From contig DATMFO010000002.1 of the NCBI GenBank assembly GCA_035556135.1, forward strand, positions 35,156 to 99,155: a DNA stretch of 64,000 nucleotides, read 5' to 3'. The notes beneath the pieces were generated by a model. It made no database searches. It was not told where the DNA came from and saw nothing but the letters and a program-made list of their open reading frames with translations. Positions 41,152 through 50,699 of the stretch are shown one piece after another. This DNA comes from Steroidobacteraceae bacterium (GTDB lineage Bacteria; Pseudomonadota; Gammaproteobacteria; Steroidobacterales; Steroidobacteraceae). Within the stretch, counting starts at the first letter, position 1; every line of letters begins with the position of its first letter. Position numbers and translations under genes: made by a program.

Positions 41152-42732
41152 GTGTGCCACCCGCGATATGATCCGCGCATCCTTCAACCTGAAAGACCTT
41201 CTTTCGCCCGGAATACTTCCTTGACCTCTGACTCCGACGCCAGCCCCAGGGCGGCAGGCTCCCCGCGCATCATCCCGCGCGCCGGGCATCCGATCTCCCG
41301 CCGCCACATCTCATCCAACGCACTGCGCGTGCTGTATCGCCTGCGGGAAGGAGGCTACCAGGCCTTCCTCGTCGGTGGCTGCCTGCGCGACCTGATGATC
41401 GGGGTGGTGCCCAAGGACTTCGACGTCGCCACCAGCGCGCGCCCGGAGGAAGTGAAGCGCCTGTTCCGCAATTGCCGGCTGATCGGGCGGCGCTTCCGGC
41501 TGGCCCATGTGTTCTTCGGGCACGAGATCATCGAGGTGGCTACCTTCCGCGCCGCCAGCGCGCCGCTGCCCGGTGAGGAAACCGAGGACGACCCGGACAT
41601 CCTGCTGGAAGTCGGCGCCAGCGAAGACAATCCGGAGAGCGAAGCCGAGGAGGATGCCGCGCGCGAGCGCGATGCCGGTCTGGAGGAGGAGGATGAGCCG
41701 CCGCCTCCGGTGGAAGCCGGAAGTGCGTCGCACCCCGGAGACCGCCTGCTGGATCAGGGTGGCCGCATCCTGCGCGACAACACCTACGGCACCATAGAAG
41801 AGGACGTGTGGCGGCGCGATTTCGCGTGCAACGCGCTCTACTACAACATCGAGGATTTCTCGCTGTGGGACTACGTGGGCGCGGTGGAGGACATCCAGGC
41901 CCGCCGCCTGCGCCTCATCGGCGACCCCGGCCAGCGCTATCGCGAGGACCCGGTGCGCATGCTGCGCGCGGCACGCTTCGAGGCCAAGCTGGGCTTCTCG
42001 CTGGATGCAGACACTGAAGCGCCGGTAACGGAACTGCGGCATCTGCTGACCGAAGTGCCGGCGGCACGGCTGTTCGACGAGACCCTGAAGCTTTTCCTCA
42101 CCGGCCACGGCGTGCGATCGCTGGAGGTGCTGCGCCGGCGCGGCCTGCTGGCAGCGCTGTATCCGGCGGTGGAGCGCGCGCTGGCGGAGCATCCGGGCAG
42201 CGACGTGGAGCGTCTGCTGGAGGCTGGCCTCGCCAACACCGACGAGCGGGTGCAGGCCGGCAAGTCGGTGACTCCGACCTTCCTCTTCACGCTGCTGCTG
42301 TACGGGCCCATTGCGGCGTACATCGGGCGGCAGCCGCAGGAGAAGTGGAGTGACGTGGGCACCATCCTCGATGGCTGCGACGCGGCCCTGCGCGAGACGC
42401 AGAAGCGGGTGACCATTCCGAAGCGCTTCTCGCTGGGTGTGCGTGACATGTTCGCGCTGCAGCCGCAGCTGGAACAGCCACGCAGCCGCCGCGTGCTGCG
42501 GCTGATCGAGCAGCCGCGCTTCCGTGCGGCCTTCGACCTGCTGCTGCTGCGCGCGCAGGTGGGCATGGCTCCACAGCAGCTGGTGGACTGGTGGGCGGCG
42601 CTGCAGGCAGCCGACGCCGAGACCCGCACGCAGATGGTGCTCGCTCTGGAGGCCTCGCGCGGCCAGCGTGGTGATGGCGAGGATGAGGGCGGCGAAGGCC
42701 GGCCGCGCCGCCGTCGCCGGCGACGGCGGTAA
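41152..42732 (+). CDS. pcnB: poly(A) polymerase I
   Basis: ALRVLYRLREGGYQAFLVGGCLRDLMIGVVPKDFDVAT...RLIGRRFRLAHV...RRDFACNALYYN. The start (GTG 41152) is uncertain. Confidence 0.92.
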   Translation: MCHPRYDPRILQPERPSFARNTSLTSDSDASPRAAGSPRIIPRAGHPISRRHISSNALRVLYRLREGGYQAFLVGGCLRDLMIGVVPKDFDVATSARPEEVKRLFRNCRLIGRRFRLAHVFFGHEIIEVATFRAASAPLPGEETEDDPDILLEVGASEDNPESEAEEDAARERDAGLEEEDEPPPPVEAGSASHPGDRLLDQGGRILRDNTYGTIEEDVWRRDFACNALYYNIEDFSLWDYVGAVEDIQARRLRLIGDPGQRYREDPVRMLRAARFEAKLGFSLDADTEAPVTELRHLLTEVPAARLFDETLKLFLTGHGVRSLEVLRRRGLLAALYPAVERALAEHPGSDVERLLEAGLANTDERVQAGKSVTPTFLFTLLLYGPIAAYIGRQPQEKWSDVGTILDGCDAALRETQKRVTIPKRFSLGVRDMFALQPQLEQPRSRRVLRLIEQPRFRAAFDLLLLRAQVGMAPQQLVDWWAALQAADAETRTQMVLALEASRGQRGDGEDEGGEGRPRRRRRRRR

Positions 42733-42741
42733 CCGCCAGGC

Positions 42742-43248
42742 ATGGAGCAGGGGAACGGGGTGTGGGTGCCGGCCTATGTGGGTGTCGGCAGCAACATGGG
42801 CGATTCCAGGGCCCGGGTCCGGGATGCCTTCGCTGCGCTGGCCGGCCTGCCGCAAACCCGCCTCATCGCCCGCTCGCGGCTGTATCGCACGCGCCCCTTC
42901 GGTCCGGTGCCGCAGGGAGATTTCATCAACGCGGTCGCCGGGTTGCTCACGCAGCTGGATGCGGTCGCGTTGCTGGAGGGCCTGCGGGGCATCGAAAGCG
43001 CCGCCGGTCGCGTGCGCAATGAACGCTGGGGTCCGCGGACGCTGGACCTGGACCTGCTGGTGTTCGGCGCCGGGCAGCTGCAGACGCCGGAGTTGACGGT
43101 GCCGCACCCGGGCATCCCCGAGCGTGGTTTCGTGCTGGCGCCATTGCACGACGTGGCCCCGACGCTGGAAGTGCCCGGCGCCGGTCGCGTGGAAGTGCTG
43201 CTGCGCCAGCTGGCCGATGACGGCATCGCCGAAGTGATCGACGCATGA
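42742..43248 (+). CDS. folK: 2-amino-4-hydroxy-6-hydroxymethyldihydropteridine diphosphokinase
   Basis: AYVGVGSNMG...SRLYRTRPFGPVPQGDFINAV...RWGPRTLDLDLL...VPHPG. Confidence 0.93.
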   Translation: MEQGNGVWVPAYVGVGSNMGDSRARVRDAFAALAGLPQTRLIARSRLYRTRPFGPVPQGDFINAVAGLLTQLDAVALLEGLRGIESAAGRVRNERWGPRTLDLDLLVFGAGQLQTPELTVPHPGIPERGFVLAPLHDVAPTLEVPGAGRVEVLLRQLADDGIAEVIDA

Positions 43249-43901
43249 CGCCAGCGATGCCGCACCGGTATCTCGTGGTCGAGGGCGCCATCGGCGTGGG
43301 CAAGACCAGCCTCGCGCGGCGCCTGGCCGCCACGCTCAACGCACAGCTGGTGCTGGAACAGGCGGACGAGAATCCCTTCCTGGAACGCTTCTACCGCAAC
43401 CCGCGCGTGGGAGCGTTGCCGGCGCAGCTCTACTTCCTGTTCCAGCGTGCGCAGCAGCAGGCCTCGCTCACGCAGCAGGACCTCTTCGGGACCGTGCGCG
43501 TGGCCGACTACCTGCTGGCCAAGGACGACCTGTTCGCGCACATGACACTGGACGACGAGGAATACGGCCTCTACCGGCAGGTGCATGAGCGGCTGTCCAT
43601 CGACGCGCCGCGCCCGGACCTGGTGGTGTACCTGCAGGCCCCGGTGGATGTGCTGCTCGACCGCATCGCGCGGCGCGGCATCGCCCACGAGAGCCTGATC
43701 GACCGCGCCTATCTCACGCGCCTCAATGAGGCCTATGCACGCTTCTTCCATGCCTATTCGGACAGCCCGCTGCTGATCGTGAATGCGGCGAGCATCGATC
43801 CGGTGGGCAATGACGCCGACTACGAGGAGCTGCTGGGGCAGATCAGCCGCACGGTGCGTGGCCGGCTCTACTACAATCCCCTCCGTCACAAGGGACTGTA
43901 A
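43245..43901 (+). CDS. deoxynucleoside kinase
   Basis: ATGA overlap with folK. VVEGAIGVGKTSLARRLA...ENPFLERFY. Confidence 0.85.
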   Translation: MTPAMPHRYLVVEGAIGVGKTSLARRLAATLNAQLVLEQADENPFLERFYRNPRVGALPAQLYFLFQRAQQQASLTQQDLFGTVRVADYLLAKDDLFAHMTLDDEEYGLYRQVHERLSIDAPRPDLVVYLQAPVDVLLDRIARRGIAHESLIDRAYLTRLNEAYARFFHAYSDSPLLIVNAASIDPVGNDADYEELLGQISRTVRGRLYYNPLRHKGL

Positions 43902-43903
43902 GC

Positions 43904-44734
43904 ATGTACACCCAGCTGCAGCTGCGCGATGCGGCCCGCCAACCGGTGAGCCTGACCACGCTGAACCGCATGCGCGAGGAGGCAGAGCCCATTGCGGCGC
44001 TCACCTGCTACGACGCCAGCTTCGCGGTGCTGCTGGACCAGGCCAATGTCGACCTGGTGCTGGTGGGTGATTCCCTCGGCATGGTGATACAGGGGCACGA
44101 CACCACCGTGCCGGTGACGGTGGACGACATGGTCTACCACACGCGCGCCGTGTCGCGCGGCAGCTATCGTCCCTTCCTGGTCGCCGACCTGCCGTTCATG
44201 AGCTACTCCTCCCCCGACGTGGCGCTGGCCAACTCCGTGCGGCTGATGCAGGAGGGCGGGGCGCGCATGGTGAAGCTGGAGAGCGGCGCCGAGCAGCTGC
44301 GCATCGTCGAGGTGCTGGCGGGACACGACATCGCGGTGTGCGCGCACCTGGGCCTGAAGCCGCAGTCGGTGCACAAGACCGGTGGCTTCCGCGTGCAGGG
44401 CAGGGAGAAGGATGCTGCCGAGCGCATCGTGCGCGATGCGCGCGACCTGGAGTCCGCGGGCGCGGACATCGTGCTGCTGGAATGCGTGCCCAACGAAGTG
44501 GGCCGGGCGGTGACCGAGGCGCTGCACGTGCCGGTGATCGGCATCGGGGCGGGCCCGTCGGTCAGCGGACAGATCCAGGTGCTGTACGACATCCTCGACA
44601 TCACGCCTGGCCGCAAGCCGCGGTTCGTGCGCAATTTCATGAGCGGGGTCGACTCCCCGCTGGCCGCGGTCAGCGCGTACGTGCGCGCAGTGAAGCAGCG
44701 CGACTATCCCGCCGCGGAGCACTGTTTCTCCTGA
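43904..44734 (+). CDS. panB: 3-methyl-2-oxobutanoate hydroxymethyltransferase
   Basis: LTCYDASFAVLLDQANVDLVLVGDSLGMVIQGHDTT. Confidence 0.95.
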   Translation: MYTQLQLRDAARQPVSLTTLNRMREEAEPIAALTCYDASFAVLLDQANVDLVLVGDSLGMVIQGHDTTVPVTVDDMVYHTRAVSRGSYRPFLVADLPFMSYSSPDVALANSVRLMQEGGARMVKLESGAEQLRIVEVLAGHDIAVCAHLGLKPQSVHKTGGFRVQGREKDAAERIVRDARDLESAGADIVLLECVPNEVGRAVTEALHVPVIGIGAGPSVSGQIQVLYDILDITPGRKPRFVRNFMSGVDSPLAAVSAYVRAVKQRDYPAAEHCFS

Positions 44735-45585
44735 TGCTCACCATCGGGCGAATCGCCGAACTGCGCGAGGCGGTGAAGGCCTGGCGGCTGGATGGGGAGC
44801 GCGTGGGACTGGTGCCCACGATGGGCTCGCTGCACGACGGGCACATGAGCCTGCTCACCACCGCGCGCCAGCATGCCGATCGCGTGATCGCCAGCGTATT
44901 CGTCAATCCGCTGCAATTCGGACCCGGCGAGGATTTCGAGCGCTATCCGCGCACGCCCGGGGACGACCAGCGGCTGTTGGAAAAGGCCGGCTGCGACATG
45001 CTGTTCCTGCCGTCGGTGCGCGAGATCTACCCGGATGGCGGCCAGAGTGCCACCCGCGTGACAGTGGAATCGCTGTCGCAGATCCTGTGCGGACGCGTGC
45101 GGCCCGGGCACTTCGACGGCGTGGCCACGGTGGTGGCCAAGTTGTTCGGCATCGTGCAACCGGACGTGGCCGTGTTCGGCGAGAAGGACTACCAGCAGCT
45201 GTCCATCATCCGCCGCATGACCGCGGACCTGGACATCATGGTGCAGGTAATCGGCGCGCCAACCGTGCGTGCGCCGGATGGGCTGGCGATGAGCTCGCGC
45301 AACCGCTATCTCACGCCCGCGGAGCGCGAGTTGGCACCGCGCATCTACGCCACACTGCGCGCCGCCGCCGGGCGCATCGAAGGCGGCGAGCGCGACTTCT
45401 CGGGGCTTGCGGCCTGGGGCATGGCGCAACTGCAGTCGGCCGGCATGGCTCCGGACTACTTCGAGGTCCGCGAGGCAGGCACGTTGCGCGAGCCTGGCGT
45501 GACTTCCCGCGAGCTGGTGATCCTCACCGCCGCGCGGCTCGGCAAGGCCAGGCTCATCGACAACCTGCGCCTGACCCTGCGCTGA
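44734..45585 (+). CDS. panC: pantoate--beta-alanine ligase
   Basis: TGATG overlap with panB. VPTMGSLHDGHMSLL...VFVNPLQFGPGEDF. Confidence 0.95.
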   Translation: MLTIGRIAELREAVKAWRLDGERVGLVPTMGSLHDGHMSLLTTARQHADRVIASVFVNPLQFGPGEDFERYPRTPGDDQRLLEKAGCDMLFLPSVREIYPDGGQSATRVTVESLSQILCGRVRPGHFDGVATVVAKLFGIVQPDVAVFGEKDYQQLSIIRRMTADLDIMVQVIGAPTVRAPDGLAMSSRNRYLTPAERELAPRIYATLRAAAGRIEGGERDFSGLAAWGMAQLQSAGMAPDYFEVREAGTLREPGVTSRELVILTAARLGKARLIDNLRLTLR

Positions 45586-45634
45586 GCCGGCCTGCGCATG
45601 CCGGCGCTTTGCCGGCTGCCCGTATACTGGGTCC

Positions 45635-47116
45635 ATGCTGCTGCCACGGGAAATCTACACCGCGAGCCAGGTGAGGCAACTGGAGGCCTCGGCGCTGGTC
45701 GACGGAGTGACCGGCTATATACTGATGAAGCGGGCCGGCGCCGCGGCCTTCTCGGTGTTGCGCCAGCGCTGGCCCCTGGCACGTGCGCTGGTGGTTGTTG
45801 CAGGGCCAGGCAACAACGGCGGCGATGGCATGGTCCTGGCGCGCCTGGCACACCAGGCTGGCCTGGACGTGCGCGTGATGATGGTTGGCGATACCGCTGC
45901 TGCGCGTGGCGAGGCGCGCGAGGCACTGGCTGATCTGCGGGCAGCGGGGCTTGAGCCAACGCCGCTGGATTCCGTTGCGCTGGTGAAGGCGGATCTGGTC
46001 ATCGACGCATTGCTGGGCATCGGCGCCCACGCGCCACTGCGGCCGGAACTGCAGGCGGCCATCGAGGCCATCAACAATGCCGGCCGGCGTGTTTTCGCGC
46101 TGGATCTTCCTTCAGGGCTCGATCCGGATACCGGGCATGTGATGCCCGCGGTGCGCGCCACGGCCACGCTCGCGTTCATCGGGCTCAAGCAGGGAATGTT
46201 CCTCGGCGAGGGGCCCGAACATTGCGGTGACCTGCAGTTCGATGCGCTGCAGGTGGCGCGCGCACCGATCGAACCGGCGCTGCGGCGGCTTGCCTATGAT
46301 GTGCTCGCCGAGTCCATGCCGCCGCGGCCGCGGCGCAGCCACAAGAGCCAGTTCGGTCGCGTGCTGGTGGTGGGCGGTGGCAAGGGGATGCCGGGTGCGG
46401 TGCGGCTGGCCGGTGAGGCCGCGCTGCGCGTCGGCGCCGGACTGGTGACGGTGGCCAGCCTGCCGGCGCATCTTCCGGCGGTGACGGGGCAACGTCCGGA
46501 GCTGATGTTCTGCGCGCTGCACGATCCCGGCGACGTCGCTGCCGCAATGACCAATGCCGACGTGGTGGCGGTGGGACCGGGACTGGGTCGCGATGCCTGG
46601 GCCGCGGCCGTGCTCGAGGCGGTGCTCAGCGCGCAGATTCCCAACCAGCGACTCGTGCTGGATGCCGATGCGCTCAACATGATCGCGGCCATGCCAGAGC
46701 CGCCGCACCGGGACGACTGGGTGCTCACTCCCCATCCGGGTGAGGCCGCCCGCATGCTGGGCGTGCCCTCCGCTGCGGTGGAAGAAGATCGCCTTGGCGC
46801 ACTGAAGGAGCTGCGCCGCCGCTACGGCGGAATCGTCGTGCTGAAGGGCGCAGGCACCTTGCTCGGCGCCACGGGCCAGGTGCCACGCCTGTGCGGCCAT
46901 GGCAATCCCGGCATGTCGGTGCCGGGCATGGGCGACGTGCTCACCGGCGCCGTGGCCGGATTCCTCGTCCAGAGCGAGCGTCCCTTCGAAGCCACTGCTG
47001 GCGCGGTCTACGCGCATGCGGTGGCCGGCGACCACTGCGCACGCTCTGGCCTGCGCGGCGTGCTGGCACTGGAAGTGGTGCAGGAACTGCGCGTGGTGCT
47101 GGCCCAGCTGCCATGA
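45635..47116 (+). CDS. nnr: bifunctional NAD(P)H-hydrate epimerase / ADP-dependent dehydratase
   Basis: GPGNNGGDG in the epimerase half; GNPGMSVPGMGDVLTG in the dehydratase half. Confidence 0.92.
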   Translation: MLLPREIYTASQVRQLEASALVDGVTGYILMKRAGAAAFSVLRQRWPLARALVVVAGPGNNGGDGMVLARLAHQAGLDVRVMMVGDTAAARGEAREALADLRAAGLEPTPLDSVALVKADLVIDALLGIGAHAPLRPELQAAIEAINNAGRRVFALDLPSGLDPDTGHVMPAVRATATLAFIGLKQGMFLGEGPEHCGDLQFDALQVARAPIEPALRRLAYDVLAESMPPRPRRSHKSQFGRVLVVGGGKGMPGAVRLAGEAALRVGAGLVTVASLPAHLPAVTGQRPELMFCALHDPGDVAAAMTNADVVAVGPGLGRDAWAAAVLEAVLSAQIPNQRLVLDADALNMIAAMPEPPHRDDWVLTPHPGEAARMLGVPSAAVEEDRLGALKELRRRYGGIVVLKGAGTLLGATGQVPRLCGHGNPGMSVPGMGDVLTGAVAGFLVQSERPFEATAGAVYAHAVAGDHCARSGLRGVLALEVVQELRVVLAQLP

Positions 47117-47622
47117 CCGCAGCGTCGACGCCCGCGCCCGACGCGGGAAGCTGGATTGCGCTGGCCGATGAGTCGGCCACCGCGGAATTCGCCGCGCGCC
47201 TGGCGCGCGCATTGCCCGCTGCCACACCGCCGCTGGTGATCTACCTGCACGGTGACCTGGGCGCCGGCAAGACCACACTGGCCCGGGGCATGTTGCGGGC
47301 GATGGGCGAGACCGGGGCGGTGCGCAGCCCCACCTATGCGCTGATGGCTGAATACCAGCCGGCAGGAACGCGCGTGCTTCACCTGGACCTGTATCGCCTG
47401 GATTCCCCGGACGATCTGCTCGCCCTGGGTCTGGCCGATCACCTGCCCGGCAGCACGGTGTGGCTGATTGAATGGCCGGAGAAGGGCGCAGGCGGCGGGC
47501 TGCCACCTGCGGATGCGGCGGTGTACCTCGAGCCCGACGGTCGCGCCCGCAGGGCGTGCATCGTGCCGCGCTCCGCCAGCGGAGCACGCTGGGCAGCAGC
47601 GGTAGCTGCAGACTCCGGATGA
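47113..47622 (+). CDS. tsaE: tRNA t6A37 biosynthesis ATPase TsaE
   Basis: ATGA overlap with nnr. LHGDLGAGKTTLARG...SPTYAL...HLDLYRL. Confidence 0.92.
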   Translation: MTAASTPAPDAGSWIALADESATAEFAARLARALPAATPPLVIYLHGDLGAGKTTLARGMLRAMGETGAVRSPTYALMAEYQPAGTRVLHLDLYRLDSPDDLLALGLADHLPGSTVWLIEWPEKGAGGGLPPADAAVYLEPDGRARRACIVPRSASGARWAAAVAADSG

Positions 47623-47649
47623 TGAAAATGGGCTATCCCCATATTTTTA

Positions 47650-47678
47650 TTGAAAATAGATAACGCCAGCCGTAAAGT
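47650..47678 (+). promoter_or_regulatory. sigma-70-like promoter TTGAAA-N17-TAAAGT upstream of amiC
   Basis: Hexamers and the 17-nt spacer were counted by hand in the AT-rich gap. The -10 element ends 6 nt before ATG 47685, and no Shine-Dalgarno sequence is visible. Confidence 0.4.
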
Positions 47679-47684
47679 GCGGCG

Positions 47685-48914
47685 ATGATTTCGCGCCGGG
47701 GTTCTCCGTGGTTGCTGGCCTGCTGCGCGTTGCTGATGGCAGCGCCGCTGGCGGCGGCCACCCTGTTGCGGCAGGCAGTACTGGTTGCGCCCGGCGAAGA
47801 CGGCGCGCGGCTGGAGCTTGACCTGCCTGCTTCGGCGGCCAGGCCCAAGGTCTTCACACTTTCCAAACCTCATCGCCTCGTCATCGACCTGCCGCGCACA
47901 AGCCTTGCGAAGGGCGCCCGGCTCCCGGCGCCAGCAGGGCCTGTGCGCACGGTGCGTGATGGCGTGCAGCCCGGGGGCACGCTGCGCCTGGTGCTGGAAC
48001 TGAAGCAGGGGATGTCCTTCAAGTCGCGCACCGAGGGCAACAGGTTCATTGTCGAGTTGGGCCGCGCGCCAGCCGCGGCTGCGATGGCCTCCACCGCAAC
48101 GCCTGCACCCGCGCCCGCTGCCGCAGCGGCGCCGGCCGTGGCCACACCGGTGCGAGCGGAGCATGCGCCGCGTGACGCGGGCCGCGATGTGGTGGTCGCC
48201 ATTGATGCCGGCCACGGCGGCGATGATCCCGGTGCCATCGGCAAGGGCGGCACGCGCGAGAAGGACGTGGTGCTGAAGATCGCGCAGGAGCTGGCGAAGC
48301 GCGTGAACGCGCAGCCCGGCATGCGTGCCTATCTCACCCGCAATGACGACCGCCGCATCCCGCTGCCTGAACGCACGCGGCTGGCGCGTGTGGCGGGGGC
48401 CGACATCTTCATCTCCGTGCACGCGGACTCGGTGCCGCGCAGCGAAGTCACCGGTTCCTCGGTGTATGTGCTCAGCGAGAAAGGCGCCTCCAGCGAAGCG
48501 GCCCGCTGGCTGGCGGACCAGGAAAACGCCGTGGATCGCGGCCGCGGCGAGCGCGAAGACCCGCTGGCTTCGGTGCTGGTGGACCTGTCGCAGACTGCCA
48601 GCATCGGCCTGAGCGCCGACGCCGCCCAGCACGTGCTGGCCCAGCTCGACCGCGTCGGCACCGTCCGCAAGACCAGGGTGCAGAGCGCGGCTTTCGTGGT
48701 GCTGAAATCCCGCGACATCCCCGCACTGCTGGTCGAAACCGCCTTCATCTCCAATCCGGGCGAGGAGAAGAAGCTGCGCACGCCGGCGCACCAGCAGGCC
48801 GTCGCCGACGCCATCTTCAAGGGCGTGCTGGAGTATTTCCGGCAGAGCCCGCCGGATGGCACGTATTTCGCGCGCGAGCGCGAGGAACGCCGCCTGGTGG
48901 CTTCTTCTCCCTAG
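47685..48914 (+). CDS. amiC: N-acetylmuramoyl-L-alanine amidase with AMIN domain, Tat-type leader
   Basis: MISRRGSPWLL... leader. AMIN-like LELDLP...PHRLVIDLP. Amidase_3 motif VVAIDAGHGGDDPGAIG...ISVHADS. Confidence 0.9.
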   Translation: MISRRGSPWLLACCALLMAAPLAAATLLRQAVLVAPGEDGARLELDLPASAARPKVFTLSKPHRLVIDLPRTSLAKGARLPAPAGPVRTVRDGVQPGGTLRLVLELKQGMSFKSRTEGNRFIVELGRAPAAAAMASTATPAPAPAAAAAPAVATPVRAEHAPRDAGRDVVVAIDAGHGGDDPGAIGKGGTREKDVVLKIAQELAKRVNAQPGMRAYLTRNDDRRIPLPERTRLARVAGADIFISVHADSVPRSEVTGSSVYVLSEKGASSEAARWLADQENAVDRGRGEREDPLASVLVDLSQTASIGLSADAAQHVLAQLDRVGTVRKTRVQSAAFVVLKSRDIPALLVETAFISNPGEEKKLRTPAHQQAVADAIFKGVLEYFRQSPPDGTYFAREREERRLVASSP

Positions 48915-48947
48915 GGCAAGCCCCGACCCATTAAGATCGCGGGCCTC

Positions 48948-50699
48948 ATGGCCATTCGCGTTTTGCCCTCCCACCTCATCGACCAGATCGCCGCCGGCGA
49001 GGTGGTGGAGCGGCCGGCTTCCGTGATCAAGGAGCTGGTGGAGAACGCACTGGATGCCGGCGCCACCCGCATCGAGATCGAGATCGAGGCCGGCGGCGCG
49101 GGGCTGATCCGCGTGCGCGACAACGGCCATGGCATTGCGCCGGCGGAGCTGGCGCTGGCGCTCACCCGCCATGCCACCAGCAAGATCGCCGACCTTGATG
49201 ACCTCGCGGCCGTGTCCACCCTGGGCTTCCGCGGCGAGGCACTGCCCTCGATTGCCGCCGTGGCGCGCCTTCGGCTGGCCTCGCGCCAGCGGGGTGCGGG
49301 CGACGCCAGCGAGATCACGGCAGAGGACGGGCAGGTGGGGGACATCCGTCCGTCGGCTCAGCCCGAGGGCACCGTGGTGGAGGTGCGCGATCTTTTCTTC
49401 AATGTACCCGCGCGGCGCCGCTTCCTGCGCAGCGAGGCAACCGAGGCCACGCATGTGCTGCGCATGGTCGAACGCCTGGCGCTGGCGCGCCCGGATGTGA
49501 CGCTGCGCTACGCGAACAATGGTCGCGAGCAATTGCGCGTCGCAGCGGCCAACGATGCCGCCGGCCAGCAGGCGCGGCTGGCCGCCGTGATGGGCGAGGA
49601 ATTCGCTGCCGGCTGCATGGACATCGACATCGCCACGGGTCCGTTGCGCGTCACCGGCTGGATGAGCCGGCCCACCTTCGCGCGCGCGCAGGCAGACCTG
49701 GCGCACTGGTTCGTCAACGGCCGGGCCGTGCGTGACCGTTTGCTGATGAACGCGGTGAAGCTGGGGTACCGGGACGTGCTCTACGGCGGTCGCCATCCCG
49801 CCTACGTGCTGCACCTTTCCATCGATCCGCGCGAAGTGGACGTCAATGCGCATCCCGCCAAGCAGGAGCTGCGCTTCCGCGAATCGCGGGGTGTGCATGA
49901 TTTCATCTTCCGCGCCGTCGGCCGGCGCTTGGCCGATACGCGCCCGGGTGAACAGGCCACGGCCGTCGACGCGCGGTCGGCACTCTCGCCGCAACCCGGG
50001 CGGTCATTCGATTTCGCAGCGGCGCAGCCGTTGGGGGTGCATCCGCCGCAGCCGGTACCGGCCGCGCGCGACAGCTGGGCCGTGCGCGAGGCCATCGAAG
50101 CCGCGCCTGAGGAATCCCGCCCACTGGGTACTGCCATCGCGCAGCTGCATGGCATCTACATCCTTGCGCAGGATTCAGCAGGACTGGTGCTGGTGGACAT
50201 GCATGCCGGCCATGAGCGCGTGCTCTACGAGAAGCTCAAGCAGGACCACGCCGCACGGCGCGCCGAGGCGCAGCGGCTGCTGGAGCCGGTGACGGTGGCT
50301 TTGCCAGAAGCCATCGTTGATCGTGTGCTGGAGGAAGAGGAGGAGTGGTCGCGCTGCGGCTTCGAACTCTCGCGCCTCGCACCTGACCGGCTCGCCGTGC
50401 GCAGCGTGCCTGTGCTGCTGGCGCGCCAGGATGTGGCGCAGCTGGTGCGCGACACTGCACTGGCGGTGGCCGGCGACGAGGGCACGCACCATGTTGAAGG
50501 TGCCGAACATCACCTGCTGGCCACGCTGGCCTGCCGGGGCGCCGTGCACGGCGGCCGCCGCCTGTCGCTGCCGGAAATGGACGCACTGTTGCGGCAGATG
50601 GAGCAGACCGAGCGCGCCAGCCAGTGCAACCACGGCAGGCCCACCTTCGCGAGGGTGGCGCTTTCCGAACTGGACCGCCTGTTCCTCAGGGGCCGGTGA
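48948..50699 (+). CDS. mutL: DNA mismatch repair protein MutL
   Basis: IAAGEVVERPASVIKELVENALDAGATRIEIEIE...GFRGEAL. Confidence 0.96.
   Translation: MAIRVLPSHLIDQIAAGEVVERPASVIKELVENALDAGATRIEIEIEAGGAGLIRVRDNGHGIAPAELALALTRHATSKIADLDDLAAVSTLGFRGEALPSIAAVARLRLASRQRGAGDASEITAEDGQVGDIRPSAQPEGTVVEVRDLFFNVPARRRFLRSEATEATHVLRMVERLALARPDVTLRYANNGREQLRVAAANDAAGQQARLAAVMGEEFAAGCMDIDIATGPLRVTGWMSRPTFARAQADLAHWFVNGRAVRDRLLMNAVKLGYRDVLYGGRHPAYVLHLSIDPREVDVNAHPAKQELRFRESRGVHDFIFRAVGRRLADTRPGEQATAVDARSALSPQPGRSFDFAAAQPLGVHPPQPVPAARDSWAVREAIEAAPEESRPLGTAIAQLHGIYILAQDSAGLVLVDMHAGHERVLYEKLKQDHAARRAEAQRLLEPVTVALPEAIVDRVLEEEEEWSRCGFELSRLAPDRLAVRSVPVLLARQDVAQLVRDTALAVAGDEGTHHVEGAEHHLLATLACRGAVHGGRRLSLPEMDALLRQMEQTERASQCNHGRPTFARVALSELDRLFLRGR

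Noticed and set aside
41311-43149. 612-aa minus-strand ORF antisense to pcnB and folK; also 55350..56900 antisense to purA, and 18718..20142 and 35018..36541 on the plus strand
   Set aside because: All lie opposite motif-supported genes and translate to low-complexity Arg/Gly/Ala/His-rich sequence.
47439-49994. 851-aa minus-strand ORF antisense to tsaE, amiC and mutL
   Set aside because: A shadow ORF opposite three strongly supported housekeeping genes.
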